From assembly GCA_016207925.1 (NCBI GenBank), contig JACQZB010000052.1, positions 11,792-75,791 on the forward strand: a stretch of 64,000 bases of DNA, written 5' to 3'. The stretch is from Nitrospinota bacterium. Lineage in GTDB: Bacteria; Nitrospinota_A; UBA7883. Under the pieces are notes generated by a model that saw only the letters and a list, made by a program, of their open reading frames with translations, was not told where the DNA came from and searched no databases. The number at the start of each line of letters is the position of its first letter. The stretch's first letter is position 1. A program made the position numbers and the translations under genes. Shown piece by piece: positions 40,076-49,847 of this stretch.

Positions 40076-40836
40076 CCATTGACCGGCGGGAATTCATCAT
40101 CATCGGCGCCACCGTAGCGGCGGGGACGGCGTTATCCGCGGTTACACCCGCGCTGTCGCACACCGTCGCCGGAAACCAATCCCCGCTCGACGTTCCCCCC
40201 TCCGCCGCGTCCGGGAAAAACCAGTGGGGAATGGTCATAGACATCGCCAAGTGCACGGCGGACTGCACCGCCTGCACGGACGCCTGCCGCAAGGAGAACA
40301 ACGTCCCCTTATTCGGCGACCCCAAGCGGGACATCCATTGGATCCGCAAGCTCACCATACGGCAGAAGGGCGTCCCCAACGCCACGGAGCGCTATCTGCC
40401 GGCCATGTGCTTCCATTGCGAGCATCCGCCGTGCGCCCATGTCTGCCCCGTGGCGGCCACGTTCCGCCGCAAGGACGGCATCGTGCTGGTGGACAAACAC
40501 CGCTGTATCGGCTGCCGCTACTGCATGGTGGCCTGTCCCTACAAGGCCCGCTCGTTCGTCAGTCAGCATGTGGAGGCGGGGCCGGACGCCAACCCCAACG
40601 CGCCCATCCGCATGCACGGGGTGGTGGAAAAGTGCGACTTCTGCGTCCACCGCATAGACGCGGGGAAGGAGCCGGCTTGCGTGGAAGCCTGCCGCCAGGC
40701 GGGAAATGGCGCGATGGTGTTCGGTAATTTCGGCGATCCAGACGGCGAGATCAGCCGTATCGTGGCCACCGGCGAGGCGGAGCAGTTGCGCGCCGACCTG
40801 GGAACCAATCCCCGCGTGTTCTACACCCATCTGTAA
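40072..40836 (+). CDS. Tat-exported 4Fe-4S ferredoxin-type iron-sulfur subunit (DsrO/PsrB/HmcB family)
   Basis: 254 aa. Twin-arginine signal (RREFIII). Four Cys clusters of the PsrB/DsrO type (CTADCTAC, CEHPPCAHVCP, CIGCRYCMVACP, CDFC...C). Confidence 0.85.
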   Translation: MTIDRREFIIIGATVAAGTALSAVTPALSHTVAGNQSPLDVPPSAASGKNQWGMVIDIAKCTADCTACTDACRKENNVPLFGDPKRDIHWIRKLTIRQKGVPNATERYLPAMCFHCEHPPCAHVCPVAATFRRKDGIVLVDKHRCIGCRYCMVACPYKARSFVSQHVEAGPDANPNAPIRMHGVVEKCDFCVHRIDAGKEPACVEACRQAGNGAMVFGNFGDPDGEISRIVATGEAEQLRADLGTNPRVFYTHL

Positions 40837-40845
40837 GGCGCGGCC

Positions 40846-42072
40846 ATGGAGATCAAGTTCTCACGGATCGAGGTTGACTCGAAAAAGTACCTCGCCTTTA
40901 TGACTGCCATCGGCCTGGTGGCGGCGCTGGCGCCCGCGTCGGCGATCTGCCTGTTCCTGGAGGGCCACCGGGTCACCAACATGACCAACCAGGTGCCGTG
41001 GGGAATGCCGATTGTCATGGCGATCTACCTGATCGGCGCAAGCGCGGGGTCGCTGGTGCTCTCCGCGATGTCCTCGGTGTTCGGGCGCGTTGAGTTTAAA
41101 CCTTTCGCGCGGATGGCGGCGACGCTGGCGGCGATCCTGATCGTGGCGGCGCTGGCCTCCATTATCCTGGACTGGGGAAGGCCCGACCGGCTGATGATAC
41201 CGTTTTTCCATTTCCAGCCCCGCTCGGTGTTTTCGCTCAACGCCATCCTGTACTCCTCGTACATGCTGTTGTGCCTGGTGTACCTGTGGGCGATGTTCAA
41301 CGGGAAAAAACATCTGGAGCGCCTGTTGGGGTTGACGGCGGTGTTTCTGGCGGTGCTGGTGCATTCCGGCACGGGCGCCATTTTCGGCTTTGTGTACGTG
41401 CGCGAGCTGTACGGTTCGCCGTTGCTGCCGCCGAGTTTCATCGCCGCGGCGCTCTCCTCCGGCACGGCATTGATGATAATCATTCTGTACTACACCTTCC
41501 GGCTTTCTGGCCGCTATCTGGATCCCCGGCTGCTCACCAGCCTGGGCAAGCTGATGGGGGTGTTCATCATCGTGGTGCTGTATTTCCTGTTTGTGGAGAA
41601 CGTCACGCGCGCTTATGCCCCCGCCAATTACGAGGAGTCGTCGTTTCTGCTGCTCCATGGCGGCAAGTACACGGCGCTGTTCTGGATCGGGCTGGTGGGG
41701 CTGGGGATGATCGTCCCCATGATTGTGGGGCTGAACCAAAGGTTGTCGCGCAACATTCCCCTGTTGCTCGGCGCCAGCGTTCTGCAACTCGCCGGAGTAT
41801 TGATCGAGCTGTTCATTATCGTCATCCCCGCGCAGGTGTTCCCCGTGGAATTGTTCCACGACCAGGAAGTCAGCAGCGTGTTTCTGGACGGCCAATTCGC
41901 GGATTACTCCGTATCGTTGATCGAGTGGACGTACAGCGCCGGGATGATGGGCGCGGTGGTGTTCCTGTTCGCGCTGGTGATCCGGCTATGGCCCATGGTC
42001 CCCACGGAAGCCCGCCACCTGGAGCCGGAAGAAGAACTGGCCGCTGAAAAGGTGGAAGAAGCGGCGGTATAA
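40846..42072 (+). CDS. NrfD/PsrC-family polytopic membrane quinone-interacting subunit (DsrP-like)
   Basis: 408 aa with about 10 TM helices. NrfD-type hydrophobic pattern. Immediately downstream of the FeS subunit. Confidence 0.8.
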   Translation: MEIKFSRIEVDSKKYLAFMTAIGLVAALAPASAICLFLEGHRVTNMTNQVPWGMPIVMAIYLIGASAGSLVLSAMSSVFGRVEFKPFARMAATLAAILIVAALASIILDWGRPDRLMIPFFHFQPRSVFSLNAILYSSYMLLCLVYLWAMFNGKKHLERLLGLTAVFLAVLVHSGTGAIFGFVYVRELYGSPLLPPSFIAAALSSGTALMIIILYYTFRLSGRYLDPRLLTSLGKLMGVFIIVVLYFLFVENVTRAYAPANYEESSFLLLHGGKYTALFWIGLVGLGMIVPMIVGLNQRLSRNIPLLLGASVLQLAGVLIELFIIVIPAQVFPVELFHDQEVSSVFLDGQFADYSVSLIEWTYSAGMMGAVVFLFALVIRLWPMVPTEARHLEPEEELAAEKVEEAAV

Positions 42073-42073
42073 C

Positions 42074-42101
42074 AGCCGCCACCCCTTGCGGGGCGGCGGC
42101 T
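42074..42101 (+). terminator. 12-bp GC-rich hairpin after the NrfD-like gene (probable terminator)
   Basis: agccgccacccc-ttgc-ggggcggcggct, one mismatch. Directly follows the stop at 42072. No clear T-tract. Confidence 0.35.
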
Positions 42102-42348
42102 AAAGAGGGAGAGGGAGGCTACTGCAAGGAAAGGCGCGTATGGCGTCGCCTTTACCGTCGTGGATCGTTCAGGAAATCGTAATCATCGCCCCACTAAATC
42201 ACGGCTCCACCGGAGGAAACACCGTCGCGCCGGAAAAAAGCTCCGCCCTTGAAAATGACATGGCGCAGCGCCCGGAACGCGCCGATGTTGGCGCGGATCA
42301 GCAAGGAATTTCCTTCGTAGCCAAGCGTCACAGGGCTTTTTAACAACA

Positions 42349-43449
42349 TCATGCCGCTTCCTCCCGGAAAATCTTGAAAGCGTCCACCGCTTCTTTCAGG
42401 TTTATCCCGTCCATCGGTAACGCGGGCGTGACAGCCAGCGTTTCAGCGAGGGGCCGGGTATCAATCTCAACGCCGCCGAACAACGCGGCGCCCTCGTCCG
42501 CGGAGGAATCGTCCAGCGGTGAAGGTTCGTTAAGCGCCGGGCGGTTGGCGGGGATAGGGCGCTTTTCAACCGGCAAATCCTCTTCAACGCCCCCCACCAG
42601 CGCCATATCGCGCGAAAGCTGATCGTCGGCGGACGGCTCCAATGCGCGGAATTTGTGCGGCAAGTCGGTGGATTCAATCACTCCTGAACCCTTGAGCACA
42701 ACCAGCCGCTCGATAAGGTGTTCCAATTCCCGGATATTGCCCGGCCAGGTGTACGCGCGCAACAGCGCCATGGTTTCCGGAGTGATGCCGGTGATGCTCC
42801 GCTTTTTGATCCGGTTGAACAGCCGGATAAAATGCGTAATCAGCATATTTATGTCCTCGCCGCGCTCGCGCAGGGGAGGGGCCTCGATGGGGATTACGTT
42901 GAGCCGGTAATACAAATCCTCGCGGAACTTGCCTTCCTCAATGGCTTTTTCCAGGTTCTTATGTGTCGCCGCGATTACCCGCACGTTGACTTTTATGGTG
43001 CGGCTGCCGCCCACCCGTTCGAACTCCTGTTCCTGCAATACGCGCAACAGCTTGATCTGCAGGGTGGGGCTCATATCCCCTATTTCATCGAGGAACACCG
43101 TGCCCTTGTCAGCAAGCTCGAATTTGCCCACGCGGGTGCGAATGGCCCCGGTGAACGAACCCTTTTCGTGCCCGAAAAGCTCCGATTCCAGCAATTCTTC
43201 AGGTATGGCTCCGCAATTGACGATCACCAAGGGATTGGCGGCCCGATCGGAATTGAAGTGGATGGCGCGGGCGATAAGCTCCTTGCCCGTGCCGCTTTCA
43301 CCGAGCACCAGCACGGTGGAGTCGTTATCCAGCAAGCTGGTGATGGTTCCCAGCACACGCTTGAGCGCGCGGCTTTCCCCAATGAAATGGGAAAAGTCCG
43401 GCCCTCGGCTTACCTCCGTGGCGGGAGCCTCCGCTAATTCCAGCGCCAT
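42349..43449 (-). CDS. sigma-54-dependent transcriptional activator, AAA+ core only (no N-terminal sensor domain); C-terminal HTH apparently missing or out of frame
   Basis: 366 aa. Walker [15 protein letters not shown]-like (GSFTGA), Walker B (VFLDEIGDM) and [10 protein letters not shown] motifs, with about 25 residues before the AAA+ domain. Frame-0 C-terminus ends at [16 protein letters not shown], where an HTH normally continues. Confidence 0.85.
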   Translation of the reverse strand: MALELAEAPATEVSRGPDFSHFIGESRALKRVLGTITSLLDNDSTVLVLGESGTGKELIARAIHFNSDRAANPLVIVNCGAIPEELLESELFGHEKGSFTGAIRTRVGKFELADKGTVFLDEIGDMSPTLQIKLLRVLQEQEFERVGGSRTIKVNVRVIAATHKNLEKAIEEGKFREDLYYRLNVIPIEAPPLRERGEDINMLITHFIRLFNRIKKRSITGITPETMALLRAYTWPGNIRELEHLIERLVVLKGSGVIESTDLPHKFRALEPSADDQLSRDMALVGGVEEDLPVEKRPIPANRPALNEPSPLDDSSADEGAALFGGVEIDTRPLAETLAVTPALPMDGINLKEAVDAFKIFREEAA

Positions 43450-43578
43450 ATCAGATCCCTTTCCCTCTACTGCGTGCGGAATCAGTTATAATGCCCGGCA
43501 TGAGCCGTCAAAATATTGTTGCGATCAATCTAGTTTTCAAGATTGGTACCAAATTATTGACGCGAAGGAAATAATTGC

Positions 43579-44112
43579 ATGATACCGTATAACGTATTGA
43601 TAAAAGATGATGTTATCGCCGCGCGCGTGGATTCGCTGGCGGGGGAGATCGCGTCAAGTTTCGCCGATTCTCCAACAATTTTGGTGGGTATCCTAAGGGG
43701 CAGCGTCGTTTTTTTGTCGGACTTGATGCGGGCGGTGTTTCATCATGGAATGTGCCCGGAAGTGGATTTCATGATCCTTTCCAGCTACGAGGAGGGCAGC
43801 AAACCGGGGGTTTTATGCGTGGTTCAGGATGTGCGGTTGGACTTGGCGGGAAAGTCCGTGCTACTGGTGGACGACATCGCCGATACAGGCGCGACACTGG
43901 CGCAGGCGCGGGAGCTTTTGCTCGCCAAGGGCGCCGCGCGGGTGGCGACGTGTGTCCTGCTGGACAAACCCTCGCGCCGGAAGGTGGATTTTACCCCCGA
44001 TTTCGCCGGGTTCAAGATAGACGACCTTTTCGTGGTCGGTTACGGGTTGGATCACGCCAACCGGTACCGTTGCTTGCCGTTCATCGCCACGGTAACGGGG
44101 CAAGGGGAATGA
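43579..44112 (+). CDS. hpt: hypoxanthine-guanine phosphoribosyltransferase
   Basis: 177 aa. PRPP-binding motif VLLVDDIADTGATL. AAGGAAA Shine-Dalgarno. Confidence 0.88.
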   Translation: MIPYNVLIKDDVIAARVDSLAGEIASSFADSPTILVGILRGSVVFLSDLMRAVFHHGMCPEVDFMILSSYEEGSKPGVLCVVQDVRLDLAGKSVLLVDDIADTGATLAQARELLLAKGAARVATCVLLDKPSRRKVDFTPDFAGFKIDDLFVVGYGLDHANRYRCLPFIATVTGQGE

Positions 44113-46561
44113 CCTCGCGCTGGTAGCTGGTCAATTTCGGCTCCCCTCCGCCGCTTGCAAGAATGATTTCGCCTTCCTGGTCGGTGCGCCAAACCGCCAT
44201 TCCCGCTTTCGCGAGCCGCCGGATCACGTCGCGGTGGGGATGATGGAACCGGTTGCCGTACCCCGCGCTGATAACGGCATGGCGGGCGCCCACCGCTTCA
44301 AGAAATTCCGGCGAATTGGAGCTTTTCGCCCCATGGTGCGCGGCTTTGAGGACATCAGCCCGGAGATTGGCGCCGGAGGCGATCAGCCAGCGCTCCACTT
44401 TCACGTCAATATCGCCTGTCATAAGGACGCTGGTGGCTCCATACACCACCCGCATCACCAGCGACAGGTTGTTTGTTGATTCAGGATAGGGCAGGGCGCC
44501 GCGCGGCGGGTTGAGAATTTCAAGCGTCAGGTTTCCGGGGAAGCTCAACACCTCCCCCGCGGCGGCGTCGCGCGCGGTTCCGCGTATCCCGGCGGCTTGG
44601 CGCGCCAAGTCATGAGGCTGGCCGGCTCCGGCGCCGGTAACGGCCAGGGCGGGCGCAATGCGCTCCGCGACGCCCATGACGCCCCCCACGTGGTCGCGGT
44701 CGGCGTGGGTGAGGAAAAGGCCGTCCAGCGCGGCATAACCGGCGCTCCAGATGGCGGGGGCCACCACGGCCCGGCCAACGTCGAACGCGTCGTAGCGCGC
44801 CCCCGCGTCCACAAGGATCGCGCCGCCGGGCCAGGTTATCAGGGTGGCGTCGCCTTGTCCCACGTCCAGGAAACGCATGGTGAACTTTTTCTCCCATCGT
44901 GACGCCAGCGGGGGCGCGGCGGCGGTGACAAGGAACGCCAGCGCGGCCAGCAAGCCGATCACCGCGCGCGGCCTGCCGGTGTAAATAAGCGCGGCGCCCA
45001 GCGCGGCGTAGTAAAAGCAGAACGTCCAGGCGGAAATCGAGGGGATGTAGCGATAAGCGAAGGGAAGCGAGGCGACCCACGCGGATATGGCGGTGGCGTA
45101 ATCCACCAGCATGGCGGCGAGGATAATAAGCGTTTCGTTACCGGCGACAAGCCCCAAAAGCCCCAACGGCACGGCGGCGGAAAATACGGGTACGGCGAGC
45201 GCATTGGCGATTATGCCCAGCGACGGGATCAGGTTGAAATGGTACGCCGCCAGCGGCGCCGTGCCCAGCGTGGCGAAAACGGTCACCAACAGGTATCCGG
45301 AGACCTTGGGCGAGCGGTTGACGGCCCTTCGCCACCATGGTCCTGCGCCGGGCGCTACATCCTGATCGGCGGGGGCGCCCATCCACCGGTCGAGGAACAC
45401 CGCGATAAAAAATACGGCGCCGAAGCTTAATTGAAAACCGGTCTGGAACAATGCGGTGGGATCCAGCGCCAATATGATGAGCATGGCCAACGCGAAGGCT
45501 CCGTAAAAGTCGCGTCCACGCCCCATGGCCACCGCGGCAAGGTACACCCCGGCCATGATGGCCGAACGCGCCGCGGGAACGGTTGGGCCGGTGAACAACG
45601 CGAACAGCGTGGAGGCCGACAAGGCGCCCACGGCGGCGAATATGGTGGGGACGCCTGCGCTGGCCCACCGCAGCCTGACCGGATAGAGGGCGAAAAACGC
45701 GATAACCTTGAGAGCGAAAAACACCGCCCCGGCCACGAACCCCACATGCAACCCGGACACCGAGAGCAGATGCGCCGTGCCAGCGCGGGAGTAAATGTCG
45801 CGCAGTCCCCCGGACACAAGTCCCTGGTCGCCGGTGAGCGCCGCCTTGAGAATGGCCGCCACGCCCGGCTCCACACCGGCGTACAGCGCCGCCGCCTGGC
45901 GTTTGAAGTTTTCGAACGGGCGCCGCCAGTTGGGGGCTTCTCCCGCGCGGGTGATAACCGAACCGGAGGGAACGCTCATGCGCGCCGCCACGCCGCGCCG
46001 CTCCATATATTGTTCGTAATCCCAGCCGCCGAGGTTGTGAAATCCCCGGATTAGGTGGAAACGCGCGCGCGAGAGCGAATAGCGGTCGCCGGGAAGGGCC
46101 GCCGCCATCGGTGAGTTCAAGGGAGGGTAGGCGGTCACCCAGCCCGTTACCGCCTCATCGCCGATGCGTTCCACATCCAGCAGAAGCCGTACATTGCGGG
46201 GGCGCTGCGAGTCAATGGCGGTGACGGTGACCAGCGCGGGGCGCGCGCGGCCATCGGCGTGGCGCCGCAGGCTTGTGGCCGCGTCATGCCGCGGCAGGGC
46301 ACTCAACAGAAACGCGGCGATGAAAACCAAAGCCAGACCGCGCCGCGCCCCGCGCGCCAGCGCAAGCAGCGCCAAAGCGAGAAACGCGGCGTACGCCACC
46401 CCCACCTGGCCCGCCTGTTCCGGATGGGCCAGCGCGGCGCCGCAGGCGAAAAGAAACGCGCCGGACACAACCGGCCGCGCACGCGCGGCTCCGGCAAGGG
46501 GCGCGATGAGGCCGCCGGGGACAAGCGGTGGTGGTAAAAACACGGGCCGCGCTAACCTCAC
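44081..46561 (-). CDS. comEC: DNA internalisation-related competence protein ComEC/Rec2 (with C-terminal metallo-beta-lactamase domain)
   Basis: ORF 44081..46825. Polytopic N-terminus, competence domain and MBL motif (HADRDHVGG). The ORF track start would overlap aspS, so the in-frame GTG at 46561 is proposed instead; start is uncertain. Confidence 0.75.
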   Translation of the reverse strand: MRLARPVFLPPPLVPGGLIAPLAGAARARPVVSGAFLFACGAALAHPEQAGQVGVAYAAFLALALLALARGARRGLALVFIAAFLLSALPRHDAATSLRRHADGRARPALVTVTAIDSQRPRNVRLLLDVERIGDEAVTGWVTAYPPLNSPMAAALPGDRYSLSRARFHLIRGFHNLGGWDYEQYMERRGVAARMSVPSGSVITRAGEAPNWRRPFENFKRQAAALYAGVEPGVAAILKAALTGDQGLVSGGLRDIYSRAGTAHLLSVSGLHVGFVAGAVFFALKVIAFFALYPVRLRWASAGVPTIFAAVGALSASTLFALFTGPTVPAARSAIMAGVYLAAVAMGRGRDFYGAFALAMLIILALDPTALFQTGFQLSFGAVFFIAVFLDRWMGAPADQDVAPGAGPWWRRAVNRSPKVSGYLLVTVFATLGTAPLAAYHFNLIPSLGIIANALAVPVFSAAVPLGLLGLVAGNETLIILAAMLVDYATAISAWVASLPFAYRYIPSISAWTFCFYYAALGAALIYTGRPRAVIGLLAALAFLVTAAAPPLASRWEKKFTMRFLDVGQGDATLITWPGGAILVDAGARYDAFDVGRAVVAPAIWSAGYAALDGLFLTHADRDHVGGVMGVAERIAPALAVTGAGAGQPHDLARQAAGIRGTARDAAAGEVLSFPGNLTLEILNPPRGALPYPESTNNLSLVMRVVYGATSVLMTGDIDVKVERWLIASGANLRADVLKAAHHGAKSSNSPEFLEAVGARHAVISAGYGNRFHHPHRDVIRRLAKAGMAVWRTDQEGEIILASGGGEPKLTSYQREVIPLAPLPWR

Positions 46562-46618
46562 GTTCCCATCGCGCAAAGGATGTTCTATAATAACAACCTT
46601 TTGGTTAACGAGGTTGTG

Positions 46619-48397
46619 ATGTCCGATTTCACGCGCCATGCGCGCACGCATACCTGCGGCCAGTTGCGGGCCGCCGATGAAGGTAAGGAGGTTACACTGG
46701 TGGGTTGGGTCCACCGGCGCCGCGATCATGGCGGGCTGGTGTTCGTGGACCTGCGCGACCGGTTCGGCGTGACCCAGGTGGTGCTCAACCCGCAGATAGA
46801 CGCGGCGGCGCACGAGTTGGCCCACGCGCTACGCGCCGAGTTCATCCTCCAGGCGCGCGGGAAAGTGTCACACCGCCCCGCGGGCACGGTAAATGAAAAG
46901 CTGGATACCGGCGAAATCGAGGTGTACGCCGACCATGCCCAGATTATCAGTCAGTCAAAAACGCCCCCGTTCGTCATCGAGGAGGGCGAGACGCCTTCCG
47001 AAGCGGTGAAGCTCAAGTACCGCTACCTGGAAATGCGCCGCGGACCCTTGGCCCGCGCGCTGGAAATGCGCCATCGCGTGTGCATGGCGGCGCGGCGGTA
47101 TCTGGACGCGCTGGGCTTTCTGGAAGTGGAAACGCCAATGCTCACCAAGTCCACCCCGGAAGGCGCGCGCGACTTCTTGGCGCCCAGCCGCCTGTCGCCC
47201 GGCAAGTTTTTCGCCCTGCCGCAGTCGCCGCAGTTGTTCAAGCAGCTTCTGATGGTGGGAGGGATGGACCGCTACTTCCAGATCGTCAAATGCTTCCGCG
47301 ACGAAGACCTGCGCGCCGACCGCCAGCCGGAGTTCACCCAGATAGACATGGAAATGAGTTTCGTTGACGAGGAGGAGGTGCGCCGCGTGTGCGAGGGGCT
47401 GATCGGCGAGATGTTCATGGCCGCGCGCGCCATCAAGCTCGATACGCCGTTTCCCCTAATCAGCTACGCCGATGCCATGAACCGCTTCGGCGTGGACCGG
47501 CCCGACCTGCGCTTTGGAATGGAGCTTGCCGGCGTGTCGGCGTTGGCGGCGCAGTGCGAGTTCAAGGTATTCAAGGACGCCCTGGCGGGCGGCGGCGCGG
47601 TGCGGGGCATGGCCGTGCCCGGCGGCGCGGCGTTTTCGCGCAAGGATCTGGAGGATATTACCAACGAGGCGATACAGCTTGGCGCCAAAGGGCTGGCGTG
47701 GATCAAGGTCACCGGAGAGGGGTACCAGTCGCCCATAGCAAAATTTTTCCAGACGGCCACCCTGGACGGAATCCGCGAGGCGCTGGGCGCGGGCGCAGGC
47801 GACCTGATGGTGTTCGTGGCGGACTCGGTGAAGGCGGGATACGCGGTTCTGGGCGCCTTGCGGCTGTCGTTGGGCCATCGCCTGGGGTTGATTGACGGGG
47901 CGAAACTCAATTTCGTATGGGTCGTGGATTTTCCCCTGCTCGAGTATGATGAGGAGGAGAAGCGCTATGTGGCGCTGCATCATCCCTTCACCTCGCCCAA
48001 GCTGGAGGACATCGCGTTGTTCGATACCGATCCGGGCAAAATGCGCGCGCGGGCCTACGACCTGGTGCTCAACGGATCGGAAATCGGCGGCGGCTCCATC
48101 CGCATCCACCAGCGGGAAGTTCAGGACATGATGTTCCGCGCGCTGTCCATCGGCCCGGATGAGGCGCGGGAGAAGTTCGGATTCCTGCTGGAGGCGTTTG
48201 AGTTCGGCGCGCCGCCCCATGGCGGCATCGCCTTCGGGCTGGACCGCATCTGCGCGATTTTGACCGGCGCGGAGTCCATCCGCGACGTCATCGCATTCCC
48301 CAAGACGCAGAAGGGCGCCTGCCTGCTGACCGACGCCCCCTCCGAGGTGGCGCCGCGCCAGCTTAAGGAACTGGGCCTGAAAAGGGATCTATCGTGA
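46619..48397 (+). CDS. aspS: aspartate--tRNA ligase
   Basis: ORF 46580..48397, ATG 46619. Class-II aaRS motifs and anticodon-binding OB fold (VTLVGWVHRRRDHGGLVFVDLRD). A TATAAT -10 box lies just upstream. Confidence 0.9.
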   Translation: MSDFTRHARTHTCGQLRAADEGKEVTLVGWVHRRRDHGGLVFVDLRDRFGVTQVVLNPQIDAAAHELAHALRAEFILQARGKVSHRPAGTVNEKLDTGEIEVYADHAQIISQSKTPPFVIEEGETPSEAVKLKYRYLEMRRGPLARALEMRHRVCMAARRYLDALGFLEVETPMLTKSTPEGARDFLAPSRLSPGKFFALPQSPQLFKQLLMVGGMDRYFQIVKCFRDEDLRADRQPEFTQIDMEMSFVDEEEVRRVCEGLIGEMFMAARAIKLDTPFPLISYADAMNRFGVDRPDLRFGMELAGVSALAAQCEFKVFKDALAGGGAVRGMAVPGGAAFSRKDLEDITNEAIQLGAKGLAWIKVTGEGYQSPIAKFFQTATLDGIREALGAGAGDLMVFVADSVKAGYAVLGALRLSLGHRLGLIDGAKLNFVWVVDFPLLEYDEEEKRYVALHHPFTSPKLEDIALFDTDPGKMRARAYDLVLNGSEIGGGSIRIHQREVQDMMFRALSIGPDEAREKFGFLLEAFEFGAPPHGGIAFGLDRICAILTGAESIRDVIAFPKTQKGACLLTDAPSEVAPRQLKELGLKRDLS

Positions 48398-49803
48398 GTG
48401 AAACTATCCGCACCCGCTTCGCGCCCAGCCCGACGGGCGATTTGCACATCGGGGGCGTGCGCACCGCGATTTTCAATTGGCTGTACGCGCGGCGCTTCGG
48501 CGGCCAGTTCATCCTACGGATCGAGGATACCGACCGGGAGCGCTCCACGGAGGACTCCATCGCCCAGATCATCGAAACCATGCGCTGGCTGGGGTTGGAC
48601 TGGGACGAAGGGCCGTACCGCCAGACGGAGCGGCAGGACCGTTACCGCGAGTATGTGGACAAACTGATCGGGATTGGCGCCGCCTACCGGTGCGTGTGCA
48701 GCAAGGAGGAGCTTGACCGCAAGCGGGAGGAGGCGCAGCGCGCGGGCCACAAACCGATGTACGACGGAACCTGCCGCGACCGGAACATCCCCGCCAACTG
48801 CGGCAAGCCCTTCGTGGTGCGATTCGCCACGCCCCGCTCCGGCGAAACGGTGATTCAGGACCTGTTGCGCGGCGGCATCACCTTCCGCAACGAGGAACTC
48901 GACGACATGATCATCCTGCGCGCCGATGGCACGCCCACCTACAACTTCTGCGTGGTGGTGGACGATGCGGAGATGAACATCACCCACGTTATCCGCGGCG
49001 ACGACCATCTGGCCAATACGCCGCGCCAAGTGGTGATCTATGACGCGCTGGGGCTGCCGCTGCCCAAGTTCGCCCATGTTTCGATGATACTCGGCAGCGA
49101 CGGCAAGCGGCTGTCCAAACGGCATGGAGCGCTCTCCGCGCTGGAGTACCGGGACAGGGGATACCTGCCCGGCGCGCTGGTGAATTATCTGGCGCGCCTG
49201 GGCTGGAGCCATGGCGACCGCGAAGTGTTCAGCCCCGGCGAAATGAAGGAACTGTTCAACCTGGAGTCGGTGAGCAAAAGCGCGGCGCGGTTCGACGAAG
49301 AAAAGCTGCTGTGGACGAACGCCGAGCATATCAAAACCGCGCCGGAGGGGATGTTGGCGGAACTGGTGTCCGGGCTGCTGCTCAAGGAGGGCGTTACCGC
49401 CGCTTCCGCGGAGGTTATTCCCCTGTTGCCGATGCTGCGCGAACGCAGCCGCACTACGTTGGAATTGGCCAACGGCTGCCGTTATTTTTTCACCGACGAC
49501 CTTCGCTTTGACGCCGAGGCGGTGGCGAAGTTTTTCACCCCCGGCATCGCGCCCCTGCTCGCCGAACTGGCGGACAGGATAGGTGATATAGATTTCACCC
49601 ACGACAAGATCGAGGCCGTATTCCGCGCGCTGATCGAGGAAAAACAGGTGAAGCTCAAGGACCTTGCGCAACCGGCCCGTCTTGCGGTGACCGGCGGCAC
49701 AGTCAGTCCGCCGCTGTTCGACGTAATGGCCGCGCTGGGCCGCGCCCGGTGCGCCGGACGATTGCGCGCCGCGGCGGCGCGGATCGCCGCCGGCGGAAAC
49801 TAG
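48394..49803 (+). CDS. gltX: glutamate--tRNA ligase
   Basis: 469 aa, GTG start overlapping the aspS stop. HIGH (HIGGVRTA) and KMSKS-like (RLSKRHG) motifs. Confidence 0.9.
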   Translation: MSETIRTRFAPSPTGDLHIGGVRTAIFNWLYARRFGGQFILRIEDTDRERSTEDSIAQIIETMRWLGLDWDEGPYRQTERQDRYREYVDKLIGIGAAYRCVCSKEELDRKREEAQRAGHKPMYDGTCRDRNIPANCGKPFVVRFATPRSGETVIQDLLRGGITFRNEELDDMIILRADGTPTYNFCVVVDDAEMNITHVIRGDDHLANTPRQVVIYDALGLPLPKFAHVSMILGSDGKRLSKRHGALSALEYRDRGYLPGALVNYLARLGWSHGDREVFSPGEMKELFNLESVSKSAARFDEEKLLWTNAEHIKTAPEGMLAELVSGLLLKEGVTAASAEVIPLLPMLRERSRTTLELANGCRYFFTDDLRFDAEAVAKFFTPGIAPLLAELADRIGDIDFTHDKIEAVFRALIEEKQVKLKDLAQPARLAVTGGTVSPPLFDVMAALGRARCAGRLRAAAARIAAGGN

Positions 49804-49847
49804 CGGATGCGGCGCCGCGCGCCGCGCAGAAGCAGGGAGGAAGGGAA

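Noticed and set aside
42140-42343. 67-aa + strand ORF between nrfD-like and the sigma-54 activator
   Set aside because: No Shine-Dalgarno or motif. The region is better explained by the 3' end or out-of-frame HTH of the regulator on the other strand.
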